DNA from: Nanobdellota archaeon
GTDB lineage: Archaea; Nanobdellota; Nanobdellia; Pacearchaeales; GW2011-AR1
DNA length: 60,310 nt
Assembly: GCA_021818475.1 (NCBI GenBank)
Contig: JAKADZ010000004.1
Coordinates: forward strand, 1-60,310
Direction of reading: 5' to 3'
Of the stretch, positions 41,015 through 50,342 are shown piece after piece. The notes below the pieces were generated by a model. It saw only the letters and a list, made by a program, of their open reading frames with translations. It was not told the DNA's origin and ran no database searches. A program made the position numbers and the translations under genes. Positions within the stretch are counted from its first letter, which is position 1. The number at the start of each line of letters is the position of its first letter.

Positions 41015-41365
41015 TTATCCTCTTAAATTTTTCAAATCTTCTTTTCTCACAAAATCAAGCGGCTGGAACATTTTTGCCTGTTTTGTCAGAATTTCCAAAT
41101 CATCTTTTTTTGCAAATTTGGAAAATTCTCCTGAAATACTATCCAAAAAATCAGACATTCTTTCTATTTTATCTTTCATATTCTCAATATCTTTTTTCAT
41201 TTCCAAAATTTTTTCGTTTGTTTTTTCTTTTAAATCAATAAGATTCTGCCCTATCAAAAGAAGCCGGTCTTTGTTTATCCTTTGCTTGTCTTCGATGTCG
41301 CGAATTTTAGAATTTAAGTCATTAAATAATTGCCCTGTATAATCTGCTTCCTGATTGTCAGCCAT
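41015..41365 (-). CDS. coiled-coil hypothetical protein
   Basis: Heptad-rich 116-aa ORF. Confidence 0.8.
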   Translation of the reverse strand: MADNQEADYTGQLFNDLNSKIRDIEDKQRINKDRLLLIGQNLIDLKEKTNEKILEMKKDIENMKDKIERMSDFLDSISGEFSKFAKKDDLEILTKQAKMFQPLDFVRKEDLKNLRG

Positions 41366-41413
41366 TGGAAATTAACGGGAAAGACATTTAAAATTGTTTT
41401 TATTTTTCCTCTC

Positions 41414-41478
41414 ACGGTTTCGCTCATTTATTCCCGCCCACCCGCCCAAACGGAAAGGTTTTCTATTCGCGAAATCGT
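41414..41478. repeat. element A (unfilled)
   Basis: ACGGTTTCGCTCATTTATT-CCCGCCCACCCGCCC-AAACGGAAAGGTTTTCTATTCGCGAAATCGT. Confidence 0.8.
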
Positions 41479-41531
41479 TTTCATTTTTTGGACATACAAA
41501 ATAATTTAAACTTTAATCTCATTTTTCTTAT

Positions 41532-43811
41532 ATGGAAGAAGAGGAGAAATTATATTCTTATGAAATCAGAAGAGAAGGGGGGGAAGATGTTCTTTATATC
41601 AATTACCTTGGGGCACCATTTGTTCCAAGCATTGCGGATTATGCAGACGTTATGGGGAGAGTCATCGATGCTTTAATAGAAAATCCAAATGCATCAAGAA
41701 TTATTTTAAGCCAGCAAAAAAATTACAATTATGACTTTAATGAGACTGCAACTTTGCTTGAAATTGCCCAACTTTATGTTTATCTTTTTAGGCAGGAAAA
41801 AGTTTTGTCCCAGGAAAAATTAACTACTTCTAACAGCCAATTTTTCAGCCAAAGGTATAATGAAGTTTTTTCTTTTATGTTCCTCCTTAGAAACGATCCT
41901 GTTTCTGCTTATTTCGAACTGAAAAAAATTATCCTTCAGTCTAAAATACTTTCTGAAAAAATTGAGCCTTCTTTTAAAAATGATCAGGAGAATTATACTC
42001 ATTTTCTGGAAAAAATTTTGATTCTTTTGGAAAATACGAAACTTATACAGGGCGTTTTTCCATATCTTGAAAATTACCGAAAAGGAGACCGAGAAATTTA
42101 TAACAAAATTTTCAAACCGGATATAATTCCTAATTTTACCTTTACCCGATTAATTTATGATCTTCCTGATGATGCTGAAATAATCGACCAATATGATATC
42201 GGAGAGGATTATGATACTTCCACAATAACTATTCTGAAAAAGAAAGGAGAATCAAAATTAATTTATCATCTTAATCCCCCTGAGAATTCTTTAGACGAGG
42301 ATTATAACATGCTTCTGAATCTTGCGAGAGGAGTTTTAATTGAGCATCAGCCAAAAGCAGAAGAATTTACTGACGTTGAAAGAGTCAGGCAGGTTTTTTT
42401 TAATATTTCTAGAGATCTTCTTCAGGATTTGGCACAGACGAAAGGGATAAAATTAAATTTTTCGGATTTGAATAAATTATCTACAATTTTAGTAAGACAA
42501 ACAATCGGCTTCGGACTCGTTGAAGTTTTATTGCAGGATAATAAACTGCAGGATATTATGCTTAATGCTCCAATTCCAATGACAAATATTTTTGTCAGAC
42601 ATCAGGATTATGATGAGTGTTCAACAAATATCCTCCCGAGCCAGGCCGATATAGATTCGTGGGCAGCTAAATTCAGAGTTATTTCAGGAAGACCTTTGGA
42701 TGAGGCAAATCCGATTCTTGATACTCAGTTAGAAATTGGGAAAATCAGCGCGAGAATTGCAATTATTCAGAATCCTCTTTCTCCTGATGGACTTGCTTAT
42801 GCAATAAGAAGACACAGAGAAGAACCCTGGACTTTGCCTTTGTATATTCAGAATAAAATGCTGAATTCTTTTACTGCCGGTTTAATGAGTTTTCTAATCG
42901 ACGGAGGAAGAACTCTTTTAATTGCAGGAACAAGAGGTTCAGGAAAGACTTCTCTGCTGGGAAGTTTAATGCTGGAAATAATTCCTAAAAACAGGATTAT
43001 TGTCATTGAAGATTCTCTAGAATTGCCGGTTGAATCCCTGAGAAAACTTGGATGGGATATTTTGAGAATGAAAGTCCGTTCTGCACTTTTAAAAACTACA
43101 ACAGAAGTTTCTGCTGACGACGGAATAAGAACAAGCTTGAGACTTGGAGATTCCTGCCTGATTATCGGGGAAGTAAGAAGCGTTGAAGCAAAAGCATTAT
43201 ATGAAGCGATGCGTGTCGGAGCATTAGCAAATGTCGTCGCAGGAACAATTCACGGGGCTTCACCTTACGGAGTTTTTGACAGAGTTGTGCATGATTTGGA
43301 AGTTCCGGCTACAAGTTTTAAAGCAACAGATATTATTGCAGTTTGTAATCCGGTGAAGACTCCTGACGGACTTCACTCAAGAAGAAGGGTTGTTCAGCTT
43401 TCTGAAATAAGAAAACAATGGAAAGAAGATCCTCTCCTGGAGAAGGGATTTGTTGATTTGTTAAATTATGATATTGAAAAAGATGAATTAAAACCTAGCG
43501 ATGATTTAATCAACGGAGACAGCGAGGTTCTGAAAGATATTGCGTCAAATGTAAAAGGATGGGCAGGAAATTGGGATGCTATTTATGATAACATTTTATT
43601 AAGAGCAAAAATAAAACAAGAATTGGTAAATACCGCGAATAAAACGGGGAATAGCAGAATCCTTGAAGCAGATTTCAACAGACTTTCTAACAATTCTTTT
43701 CATGAAATTTCTGATAATGTTCGGGAAGAGATTGGTCTTCCAATGAGCGACAGAGTTTTCCCCCAGTGGCAGAAATGGTTAAATGAGGAAATAAAAAAGA
43801 AAATAATATAA
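41532..43811 (+). CDS. type II/IV secretion (TadA/VirB11/FlaI-like) pilus assembly ATPase
   Basis: AGTRGSGKT, IEDSLEL, SLRLG, IIGEVRS.EA, GTIHG. Confidence 0.93.
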   Translation: MEEEEKLYSYEIRREGGEDVLYINYLGAPFVPSIADYADVMGRVIDALIENPNASRIILSQQKNYNYDFNETATLLEIAQLYVYLFRQEKVLSQEKLTTSNSQFFSQRYNEVFSFMFLLRNDPVSAYFELKKIILQSKILSEKIEPSFKNDQENYTHFLEKILILLENTKLIQGVFPYLENYRKGDREIYNKIFKPDIIPNFTFTRLIYDLPDDAEIIDQYDIGEDYDTSTITILKKKGESKLIYHLNPPENSLDEDYNMLLNLARGVLIEHQPKAEEFTDVERVRQVFFNISRDLLQDLAQTKGIKLNFSDLNKLSTILVRQTIGFGLVEVLLQDNKLQDIMLNAPIPMTNIFVRHQDYDECSTNILPSQADIDSWAAKFRVISGRPLDEANPILDTQLEIGKISARIAIIQNPLSPDGLAYAIRRHREEPWTLPLYIQNKMLNSFTAGLMSFLIDGGRTLLIAGTRGSGKTSLLGSLMLEIIPKNRIIVIEDSLELPVESLRKLGWDILRMKVRSALLKTTTEVSADDGIRTSLRLGDSCLIIGEVRSVEAKALYEAMRVGALANVVAGTIHGASPYGVFDRVVHDLEVPATSFKATDIIAVCNPVKTPDGLHSRRRVVQLSEIRKQWKEDPLLEKGFVDLLNYDIEKDELKPSDDLINGDSEVLKDIASNVKGWAGNWDAIYDNILLRAKIKQELVNTANKTGNSRILEADFNRLSNNSFHEISDNVREEIGLPMSDRVFPQWQKWLNEEIKKKII

Positions 43812-43989
43812 CTGCCGCTGATATCCGGTAATTGACAAAGTCAATTAGGTCGAAGGCAGAAGTGGTTAGATGAACAAGTAAAAAAGAAAATAAAAAAGAA
43901 AATAATATAACTGTCACTGATATCCGGTAATTGACAAAGTCAATTAGGTCGAAGGCAGAAATGGTTAAATGAGGAAATAAAAAAGAAAA
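43768..43989 (+). repeat. tandem triplication of the ATPase 3' end separated by a 43-bp palindromic unit
   Basis: R1 43768-43811, S 43812-43854, R2 43855-43910, S' 43911-43953, R3 43954-43989. Confidence 0.85.
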
Positions 43990-44073
43990 AATCTATTTAC
44001 CGTCCTTATTCTAAAATTTAAAAGGGAAAAATAATCTAGGAAATTATTTAAAGTTTCATGCGTATTGTTAACT

Positions 44074-44622
44074 ATGGTTGAAAAGGAACGTCATTACAAA
44101 GAGTATGAAGAATCTTCTTCAAGGGAAGAGGAAGCTTATTCCAGGGAAAAAGATATCCGGGAATCTAAGAGGGGAGACCTTTCTGCAGCAGATAAACAGG
44201 TTTTGTCAAGATTATTCGAACGGGCAGGAAAATCTTTTTTGGAATCAAAAGAAGTTACTCCTTATCAAATTTCAAAAGCTATTGGTCTTTATATCAAAGC
44301 AGAACAATATGCTCCTTATGAGAATGTAAAGAAAAGAATTTCTAAGGTTGTCCGGGGATTAGATGAAATCAGAAAGCGCAGAAGCGGAGGTCTTGAACAA
44401 AAGGTTATCGTAGAAGGAAAGCTGAAAAATATGGCAATTCTTTCTGTCAGCACTCTTTTATTGGCATTATTTTTTGTCTCATCAAATCTAACAGGTTTTG
44501 CGGTGCTTGGAATTAATCATGACAATTTAAACATCCTGAGTTCCTGTATTTTTTTGTGCGGATTAATATTCACTTTCATTTATCTCAAAAACAAAGATAA
44601 AAAAATAAAGAAAAAGAAATAA
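44074..44622 (+). CDS. hypothetical protein with two C-terminal TM helices
   Basis: SSNLTGFAV between TM segments, basic tail; ATG 44074 preferred over TTG 44065. Confidence 0.7.
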   Translation: MVEKERHYKEYEESSSREEEAYSREKDIRESKRGDLSAADKQVLSRLFERAGKSFLESKEVTPYQISKAIGLYIKAEQYAPYENVKKRISKVVRGLDEIRKRRSGGLEQKVIVEGKLKNMAILSVSTLLLALFFVSSNLTGFAVLGINHDNLNILSSCIFLCGLIFTFIYLKNKDKKIKKKK

Positions 44623-44688
44623 TTCTTGAACTCTTCAAGCGGATATATTTATAAGTTAAAAATTCCTTCATTTTCCCGAGGATAAAAG

Positions 44689-46866
44689 ATGGTGCCGGAT
44701 AAAAAACCCGATATAAATGAGATTCTGAAAAAACATGCTGCAAAAATTGAAGAAAGCATCAAAACGTTTAATGAAGATAAAATAAATTACAGCCAGAGTT
44801 ACACTACTTTTAAAGAGGAATTATCCCCTGAACTTTCAAGATATGAAAGATTATGCAAAAGTCTTGGGAACTTGGTGAAATTAAAAGTTTCCCAAAAAGA
44901 TGCAGATAAAATAAAAAAATCATTGGAAATTGCACATCTTGATTTGGAGCCATGGCAGCCGATTACTCTCGGGGTTGTGGTTTTTGTCGGAGTTTTTATT
45001 CTTGGACTTTTGATTTCAACAATCTTCGCACTCTTCAGCGGAGGTTTTGAAAACTTTCCTGTTTTTTTCTTAATCTTGGTTATGGTCTTTGCAGTTTTTC
45101 TTTTTTATTTTGTCAACGGGTATCCTGCAAGGCTTGCAAGCCAGTGGAGGCTTAAGGCATCTTCCCAGATGGTCCCTGCAATTTTGTACATAGTTGTTTA
45201 TATGAGACATACCCCCAATCTTGAAAAGGCAATAGAATTTGCATCACAGCACCTGCAATATCCTCTTGCACTCGATTTCAAAAAAATTTTCTATGACGTT
45301 GAAGTTGGGAAATTTTCCACTATTAAAGAGAGTTTAGATAATTATCTTAATAATTGGAAAGATTATTCTGTTGAATTTATAGAATCTTTTCATCTGATTG
45401 AAAGCAGTCTGTTTGAACCTGATGATGCGAAAAGAATTGCAACCCTTGAAAAAGCTCTGCAGGTAATTCTCGACGGAGTTTATGATAAGATGCTTAAATT
45501 TACTCACGAAGTCAGAAGCCCTTTAACAAATGTATATATGCTTGGAGTAGTTCTTCCAACATTAGGGCTCGCTTTGCTTCCACTTGCTTCTGCAATGGTT
45601 GGGGATTTTTTGAAATGGTATCATGTTTTTATTTTATTCGATTTGATAATTCCTTTTTTTGTTTTTTATCTGACAGACAGAGTTATTTCATTGAGACCCG
45701 GAGGGTATGGAGAAACTGAACTTTTGGAAAGAAACCCCCTTTATTCTCAATATACAAACAAAAAGGTTTATCTCAAGGCTTTCCTGATCTGCCTTCCTTT
45801 TTTTATCATCGGACTCCTTCCATTAATTTTCCAGTATACTCCTATACCCCAAATATTCGGGTTAAAACCAGATTATACTTTTTCAGAGTTAGGGATAGGA
45901 TTATTCGGAGATGAGCAAGTTTTTGGTTTTATTAATTCCAACGGAAACATTGTCGGTCCATTTGGAATTGGCTCTTTAATCTGCGGAGTATTTTTCACTC
46001 TTGGGCTTGCATTATTCTTTTCTATTTCATTTAAAAAAAGAACTGTCGGGCTGATTAAAGAAAGAGACAAAACCAAACAACTTGAAGTAGAATTTAATAA
46101 TTCTTTATTCCAGCTTGGAAACAGAATAGGAAACGGAACTCCTCCTGAACTTGCATTCAGCAAAGTTGCAGAAGCAACCAAAGGACTGAAGACCGAGGAT
46201 TTTTTCAAAAGAGTTAATTACAATATTATGCAGATGGGAATGAGCATTGAACAGGCTGTGTTTGACAAGAAAAGGGGAGTTTTGATATATTATCCTTCTG
46301 ATCTGATTGCCACCAGTATGAAAATTCTCGTTGAATCTGCTAAGAAAGGTCTGAATGTTGCAGCAATGAGCCTGATCAGTTTGTCTGAATATGTAAAGAA
46401 TATCAATAAAATAACTGACAGACTCAGGGATATGCTTGCAGAAATAATCTCTGACATGAAAAGTAATATGACTTTCCTTGCTCCCCTGCTTTCAGGAATT
46501 GTCGTCGGACTTGCAGCTATGATAACTTCAATTTTAAGCAGGCTGAATCTTGCAAAACTCAGCGGTGATACGACTGCAATTTCCGGATTTGGAAATATTT
46601 CCTCTATCTTAAATATATTCGACATGACTAAAATGATTTCTCCTTACATTCTGCAGATTATAGTAGGAATTTACCTAATTGAAGTAATTTTCATTTTGAC
46701 CGGGACTCTTGTTACAATTGATTCCGGAGAAGATAAACTTGAAAAAACTAACAAGACTGGGATTAATCTTCAAAAAGGAATCGGACTTTATGTTCTTACT
46801 GCACTTGTGGCAATAATTTCATTATTCTTCCTTACAGTAATTGTATTGGGAAATTTAACTTCTTAA
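44689..46866 (+). CDS. TadC/FlaJ-like pilus platform membrane protein
   Basis: Two T2SS-F-like halves with multiple TMs; follows the ATPase. Confidence 0.82.
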   Translation: MVPDKKPDINEILKKHAAKIEESIKTFNEDKINYSQSYTTFKEELSPELSRYERLCKSLGNLVKLKVSQKDADKIKKSLEIAHLDLEPWQPITLGVVVFVGVFILGLLISTIFALFSGGFENFPVFFLILVMVFAVFLFYFVNGYPARLASQWRLKASSQMVPAILYIVVYMRHTPNLEKAIEFASQHLQYPLALDFKKIFYDVEVGKFSTIKESLDNYLNNWKDYSVEFIESFHLIESSLFEPDDAKRIATLEKALQVILDGVYDKMLKFTHEVRSPLTNVYMLGVVLPTLGLALLPLASAMVGDFLKWYHVFILFDLIIPFFVFYLTDRVISLRPGGYGETELLERNPLYSQYTNKKVYLKAFLICLPFFIIGLLPLIFQYTPIPQIFGLKPDYTFSELGIGLFGDEQVFGFINSNGNIVGPFGIGSLICGVFFTLGLALFFSISFKKRTVGLIKERDKTKQLEVEFNNSLFQLGNRIGNGTPPELAFSKVAEATKGLKTEDFFKRVNYNIMQMGMSIEQAVFDKKRGVLIYYPSDLIATSMKILVESAKKGLNVAAMSLISLSEYVKNINKITDRLRDMLAEIISDMKSNMTFLAPLLSGIVVGLAAMITSILSRLNLAKLSGDTTAISGFGNISSILNIFDMTKMISPYILQIIVGIYLIEVIFILTGTLVTIDSGEDKLEKTNKTGINLQKGIGLYVLTALVAIISLFFLTVIVLGNLTS

Positions 46867-46907
46867 TCTACTGATATTTTTATAAATAAGAAAGGATTAT
46901 ATGGATA

Positions 46908-47054
46908 ATGGAAAAAAGAGGAATAATTTCAGAATATCTGCCCTGGCTTTTGATTGGTCTGGCAGTTCTTGCAATTTTGATGATAAGCATTTTTTTAATG
47001 AAAGGGAAAGGATTAGACTTCATTCAGCAAATTAAAAATATTTTTCACGGATAA
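46908..47054 (+). CDS. small pilin-like protein (48 aa, not in ORF track)
   Basis: MEKRG|IISEYLPWLLIGLAVLAILMISIF class III signal-like. Confidence 0.7.
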   Translation: MEKRGIISEYLPWLLIGLAVLAILMISIFLMKGKGLDFIQQIKNIFHG

Positions 47055-47059
47055 TTATT

Positions 47060-47227
47060 ATGTCAGAACTAACCACTGAACAACTTATAAAAATAATCCT
47101 AGGAATTTTAGTCGTTGCTGCAGTAGTTGTCGGACTTTACCTTTTTTTCAAGGATAAGATTCTTGATTTTTTTAAAGGACTTTCCGTTGGCGACACCCCT
47201 AAATTTTTTTTACCTTTCATAAAATGA
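47060..47227 (+). CDS. small pilin-like protein (55 aa, not in ORF track)
   Basis: MSELTTEQLIKIILGILVVAAVVVGL resembles the mature N-terminus of 48080; ATGA overlap with the next gene. Confidence 0.7.
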   Translation: MSELTTEQLIKIILGILVVAAVVVGLYLFFKDKILDFFKGLSVGDTPKFFLPFIK

Positions 47228-47808
47228 AAAATAAGAATAAAAATTTTTTTGATTTCGCTCAATCATTCCCGCCCACCCACCCAAGGGGAAAATTTTTCTA
47301 TTCGCGAAATCAAAAATCATTCAATCTTTTTCCAAAAAATGAGAAAGGAAATCTGCTTCCAGAAGAAACTCTGAAGATAATAATCGCAGTAATAGGAATT
47401 ATTTTTTTGGTTTTTCTCCTCACTTCCGTCTATTTCGCACTGACCGGAGCACAGGATTCAAAAAAAGCTGAAGCCAGCAAGGATATAATTGTTAATGAAA
47501 TCCAACGACTGAATTCCGGTGGAAATTATTCTTCAGACGGAATTTTTATTCCCAATCCTTCCGGGTGGAATTTAATAAGTTACACTTCACAAAAGAAACC
47601 AAATTCCTGCGCAGGACAAAATTGCTTCTGCATATGCAAAAATATTTTAATAGATATATTTGACAGACAGCTCACAGAATGTGATAAAAACGGAGTCTGC
47701 GCAGAAGTTCCTTCAATGAATGATTTTGGGAAAATAAAAATAGAAAATGACGGAACATGGATTTTAATTCAAAAAATAAATGATGAAATTCAGATAACTA
47801 AAAAATGA
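47224..47808 (+). CDS. pilin-like protein with element A in its leader
   Basis: EKG|NLLPEETLKIIIAVIGIIFL; Cys-rich C-terminal domain. Confidence 0.8.
   Translation: MKNKNKNFFDFAQSFPPTHPRGKFFYSRNQKSFNLFPKNEKGNLLPEETLKIIIAVIGIIFLVFLLTSVYFALTGAQDSKKAEASKDIIVNEIQRLNSGGNYSSDGIFIPNPSGWNLISYTSQKKPNSCAGQNCFCICKNILIDIFDRQLTECDKNGVCAEVPSMNDFGKIKIENDGTWILIQKINDEIQITKK
47246..47316. repeat. element A, in frame in a prepilin leader
   Basis: TTTTTGATTTCGC...CCCGCCCACCCACCC...GCGAAATCAAAAA. Confidence 0.8.
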
Positions 47809-47906
47809 GTTTTGACGAACTGGTAAAATATTTAATTTGGATTGTTTTTTTTATTCTGGCATTTACCGGATTATATTTCATGCTTAAAAAAATAGGAATT
47901 ATATAG
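47805..47906 (+). CDS. tiny single-TM pilin-like peptide (33 aa, not in ORF track)
   Basis: MSFDELVKYLIWIVFFILAFTGLYFMLKKIGII; ATGA overlap with the previous gene. Confidence 0.55.
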   Translation: MSFDELVKYLIWIVFFILAFTGLYFMLKKIGII

Positions 47907-47946
47907 CTGTCTTCTTTGGTCTTCCATTTTATACATAATAAAATTT

Positions 47947-48023
47947 GCAAAAATTTCTTAAAGAAATTTTTGGATTGATTGAAATTTTTTAACAAGCAGA
48001 TTCAACTAAAAAAGAGGTGATAA
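47947..48023 (+). repeat. element C, internally deleted
   Basis: AAAAATTTCT-TAA-AGAAATTTTTGGATT...TTCAACTAAAAAAGAGGTGATAA. Confidence 0.65.
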
Positions 48024-48079
48024 TTTTTTTATGGTTATAATAAAGATAATTTTATTAATTACCGAATCGATTTATTTTA

Positions 48080-48952
48080 ATGGATAAAAAAGGTGAGATG
48101 ACCACTGAACAGATAGTTTTGCTGATAATTTTAATTGTGAGTTTTATCGTCATACTTTTTTTTATATTCGGATTAAATCTCGGAAAAACAACTGAATCTG
48201 AAACCTGCCATAATTCTGTTGTTGAGAGAGGTTCCGGGGTTCTGCCGAAAGAATCAATTCCATTAAACTGCAAGACTCAGTATATTTGCATATCAGGAGA
48301 TGGCAGCTGTGAAAGTATGACTTCCCCTCAGGTTGAGACTGCAAAAACCAAAGATGATGTTTACAACATTTTAGCAAATCAAATGGCTGACTGCTGGTGG
48401 ATGTTTGGTGAAGGAAAAGTTAATTATGTCGGAGAGGGTTTTACTTCCAACCTTTACTGTTCAATCTGCTCGCAAATTGCATTTGATAACAGCGTTAATT
48501 TTTTTCCAAATAATCAGATTGATAAAAAAGAGTTTTACAGCTATCTTGCAACGCATAATGCAAGCGGGCAGGATATAAGTTACCTTGAATATTTAACGGG
48601 AATAAAAGATCCTAGTGCAATTTCACAAAGTATTTCTTTCGGACAGATTGATTTAACTAAACAATATTTTGTCGTTACCGGAATGTTCAATCAGATTGGT
48701 GTTTTAACCTGGATTGGCGGAGGGGTTGCAGCAGGAGCAGCAATTGCTTTAGCAGTGGTAACTGCAGGAGCTTCAATACCGGTTACAGTTGCAATAATAG
48801 GAGGAACTGCCTTAGGCGGGACAGCCGGATATTTCATAGGGACAACAATCAAAGGAGAATCCGGTCAAAATTATCTTACCCCGACAATAATCCAAGCAAA
48901 TTCTGATGATTTTAATTCTCTGAAATGTGCATCAATTAAAACTCTCGGTTAA
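48080..48952 (+). CDS. pilin-like protein
   Basis: KKG|EMTTEQIVLLIILIV; Cys-rich (MADCWWMFGEG); Gly/Ala-rich hydrophobic C-terminal segment. Confidence 0.82.
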   Translation: MDKKGEMTTEQIVLLIILIVSFIVILFFIFGLNLGKTTESETCHNSVVERGSGVLPKESIPLNCKTQYICISGDGSCESMTSPQVETAKTKDDVYNILANQMADCWWMFGEGKVNYVGEGFTSNLYCSICSQIAFDNSVNFFPNNQIDKKEFYSYLATHNASGQDISYLEYLTGIKDPSAISQSISFGQIDLTKQYFVVTGMFNQIGVLTWIGGGVAAGAAIALAVVTAGASIPVTVAIIGGTALGGTAGYFIGTTIKGESGQNYLTPTIIQANSDDFNSLKCASIKTLG

Positions 48953-48990
48953 TTGTAAAAATTTATAATTAAGAAAAGATTTATCTTTGT

Positions 48991-49512
48991 ATGAAAAGAG
49001 GAGATAAAGAATTTTGCGAGTTTGCTCAATCATTCCAGCCCAACTCGCGACTTCGCTTGCATAACACTGACCTTAACTCCGCGAAATCGCTCGCCCACCC
49101 AAACGGAAAATTTTTCTATTTGCGAAATCGCAGAGGAACGATTCTTGTTGAGAATGTTATTTTCATTGTTTTGAATCTTCTTTTTCTGGCAATTTTGCTG
49201 CTTTTTATTTACAGGCAGGGAAACGGGGCAGTTGTTCTTGAGCAAAGTTATGCAAAAAATATTGCCTTGCTTATAGATTCCTCAAGACCAGTTATGGAAA
49301 TGAAACTAAACATGGAAGATGCATTTAATCTCGCTGAAAAAAACGGGATTAAACCAGAAGATATTGTTAAAATAAACGGAAATATTATTACGGTAAAATT
49401 AAGCAACAGCGGGGGATATCAATATTCTTTTTTTACAAATTATGACGTAACTGCTTATCCTGATGTTTCTCCGAATAAAAATTATATAATTAAAATAAAC
49501 GGGTACAAATAA
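48991..49512 (+). CDS. pilin-like protein with a 135-bp element in its leader
   Basis: RRG|TILVENVIFIVLNLLFL; insert flanked by AGAGGA at 48997 and 49132. Confidence 0.8.
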   Translation: MKRGDKEFCEFAQSFQPNSRLRLHNTDLNSAKSLAHPNGKFFYLRNRRGTILVENVIFIVLNLLFLAILLLFIYRQGNGAVVLEQSYAKNIALLIDSSRPVMEMKLNMEDAFNLAEKNGIKPEDIVKINGNIITVKLSNSGGYQYSFFTNYDVTAYPDVSPNKNYIIKINGYK

Positions 49513-49513
49513 A

Positions 49514-50062
49514 ATGATGAAAAATAAAATTTTTGATTTTTTTCCCAAAAACAGCAGGGGGGATAAAATTCTTTCAATTTACTGGTTTGCAATTTTATTA
49601 ATTGTTGCAGGAGGAATTTTTGCAATGGTTTATGTTTTTTATGGCGCTCCTTACGATGTAAGGCAGATAGAAGCACGAGAGTTAACAAACCAGATTGCAA
49701 ACTGCATCTCTTATACGGGAAAAATAAATACAAATTTAATTTCCGGTGGAGTTCCATCCTTATCAAGTCAAAATTTTTTAGAGCAATGCCATTTAATTTT
49801 TAATTCAAGCGAGTGGTCTGATGAACAGTTTTACACGGAAGTTTATATTTACAAACTCGATAATCCCGACAATCCGGTTTTGGATATTAAAAAAGGAAAC
49901 AATAATTGGCTGGCAGGCTGTTCGATTCAGGAGAATCAAACACAGGAAAATCTTCCTTTCTGTCTGACAAAAAGTTTCTATTCTGTTGACAATACTGATA
50001 ACCCGTACATAATTAAAATTTTGTCTGTTGTGAGGAAATCTGAAAAAAATGTTAAAATGTAA
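49514..50062 (+). CDS. pilin-like protein
   Basis: SRG|DKILSIYWFAILLIVAGGI. Confidence 0.8.
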   Translation: MMKNKIFDFFPKNSRGDKILSIYWFAILLIVAGGIFAMVYVFYGAPYDVRQIEARELTNQIANCISYTGKINTNLISGGVPSLSSQNFLEQCHLIFNSSEWSDEQFYTEVYIYKLDNPDNPVLDIKKGNNNWLAGCSIQENQTQENLPFCLTKSFYSVDNTDNPYIIKILSVVRKSEKNVKM

Positions 50063-50342
50063 AAATTGCAATTCCTCTAATTTTTTAAAAAATAAAAAAG
50101 CACAAACTGCAGAGACAATGACGTGGATAATTGCAACTTTGGTGATAATCGGAATTTTGATTATATTTGTTTATTTGTCTGTCCTTGTTTCAAAAACAAA
50201 AGTAATCGGAGTCGGAGATGTTCAGGCGGGACTTCAAAAGGAATCTCCTGTTTTGTTGGAAAAAACTTCTTTGGGAAAAATAATCAATGATAAGAATGAA
50301 AATATTATTGAATCTATTTTGAATCAGGGGAATTCAGGATGA
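50049..50342 (+). CDS. pilin-like protein
   Basis: KKA|QTAETMTWIIATLVIIGIL. Confidence 0.78.
   Translation: MLKCKNCNSSNFLKNKKAQTAETMTWIIATLVIIGILIIFVYLSVLVSKTKVIGVGDVQAGLQKESPVLLEKTSLGKIINDKNENIIESILNQGNSG

Noticed and set aside
40881-41342. 153-aa plus-strand ORF
   Set aside because: Element B read-through plus antisense of 41015..41365
43768-43989. CRISPR array or DGR template/variable pair
   Set aside because: Only two 43-bp units; the intervening segments are copies of the gene end; differences include G>A and G>C; no cas or RT gene in the window
35390-49137. Archaeal BHB mRNA introns
   Set aside because: Inserts are in frame, occur in both orientations relative to transcription and also between genes; no clear bulge-helix-bulge seen
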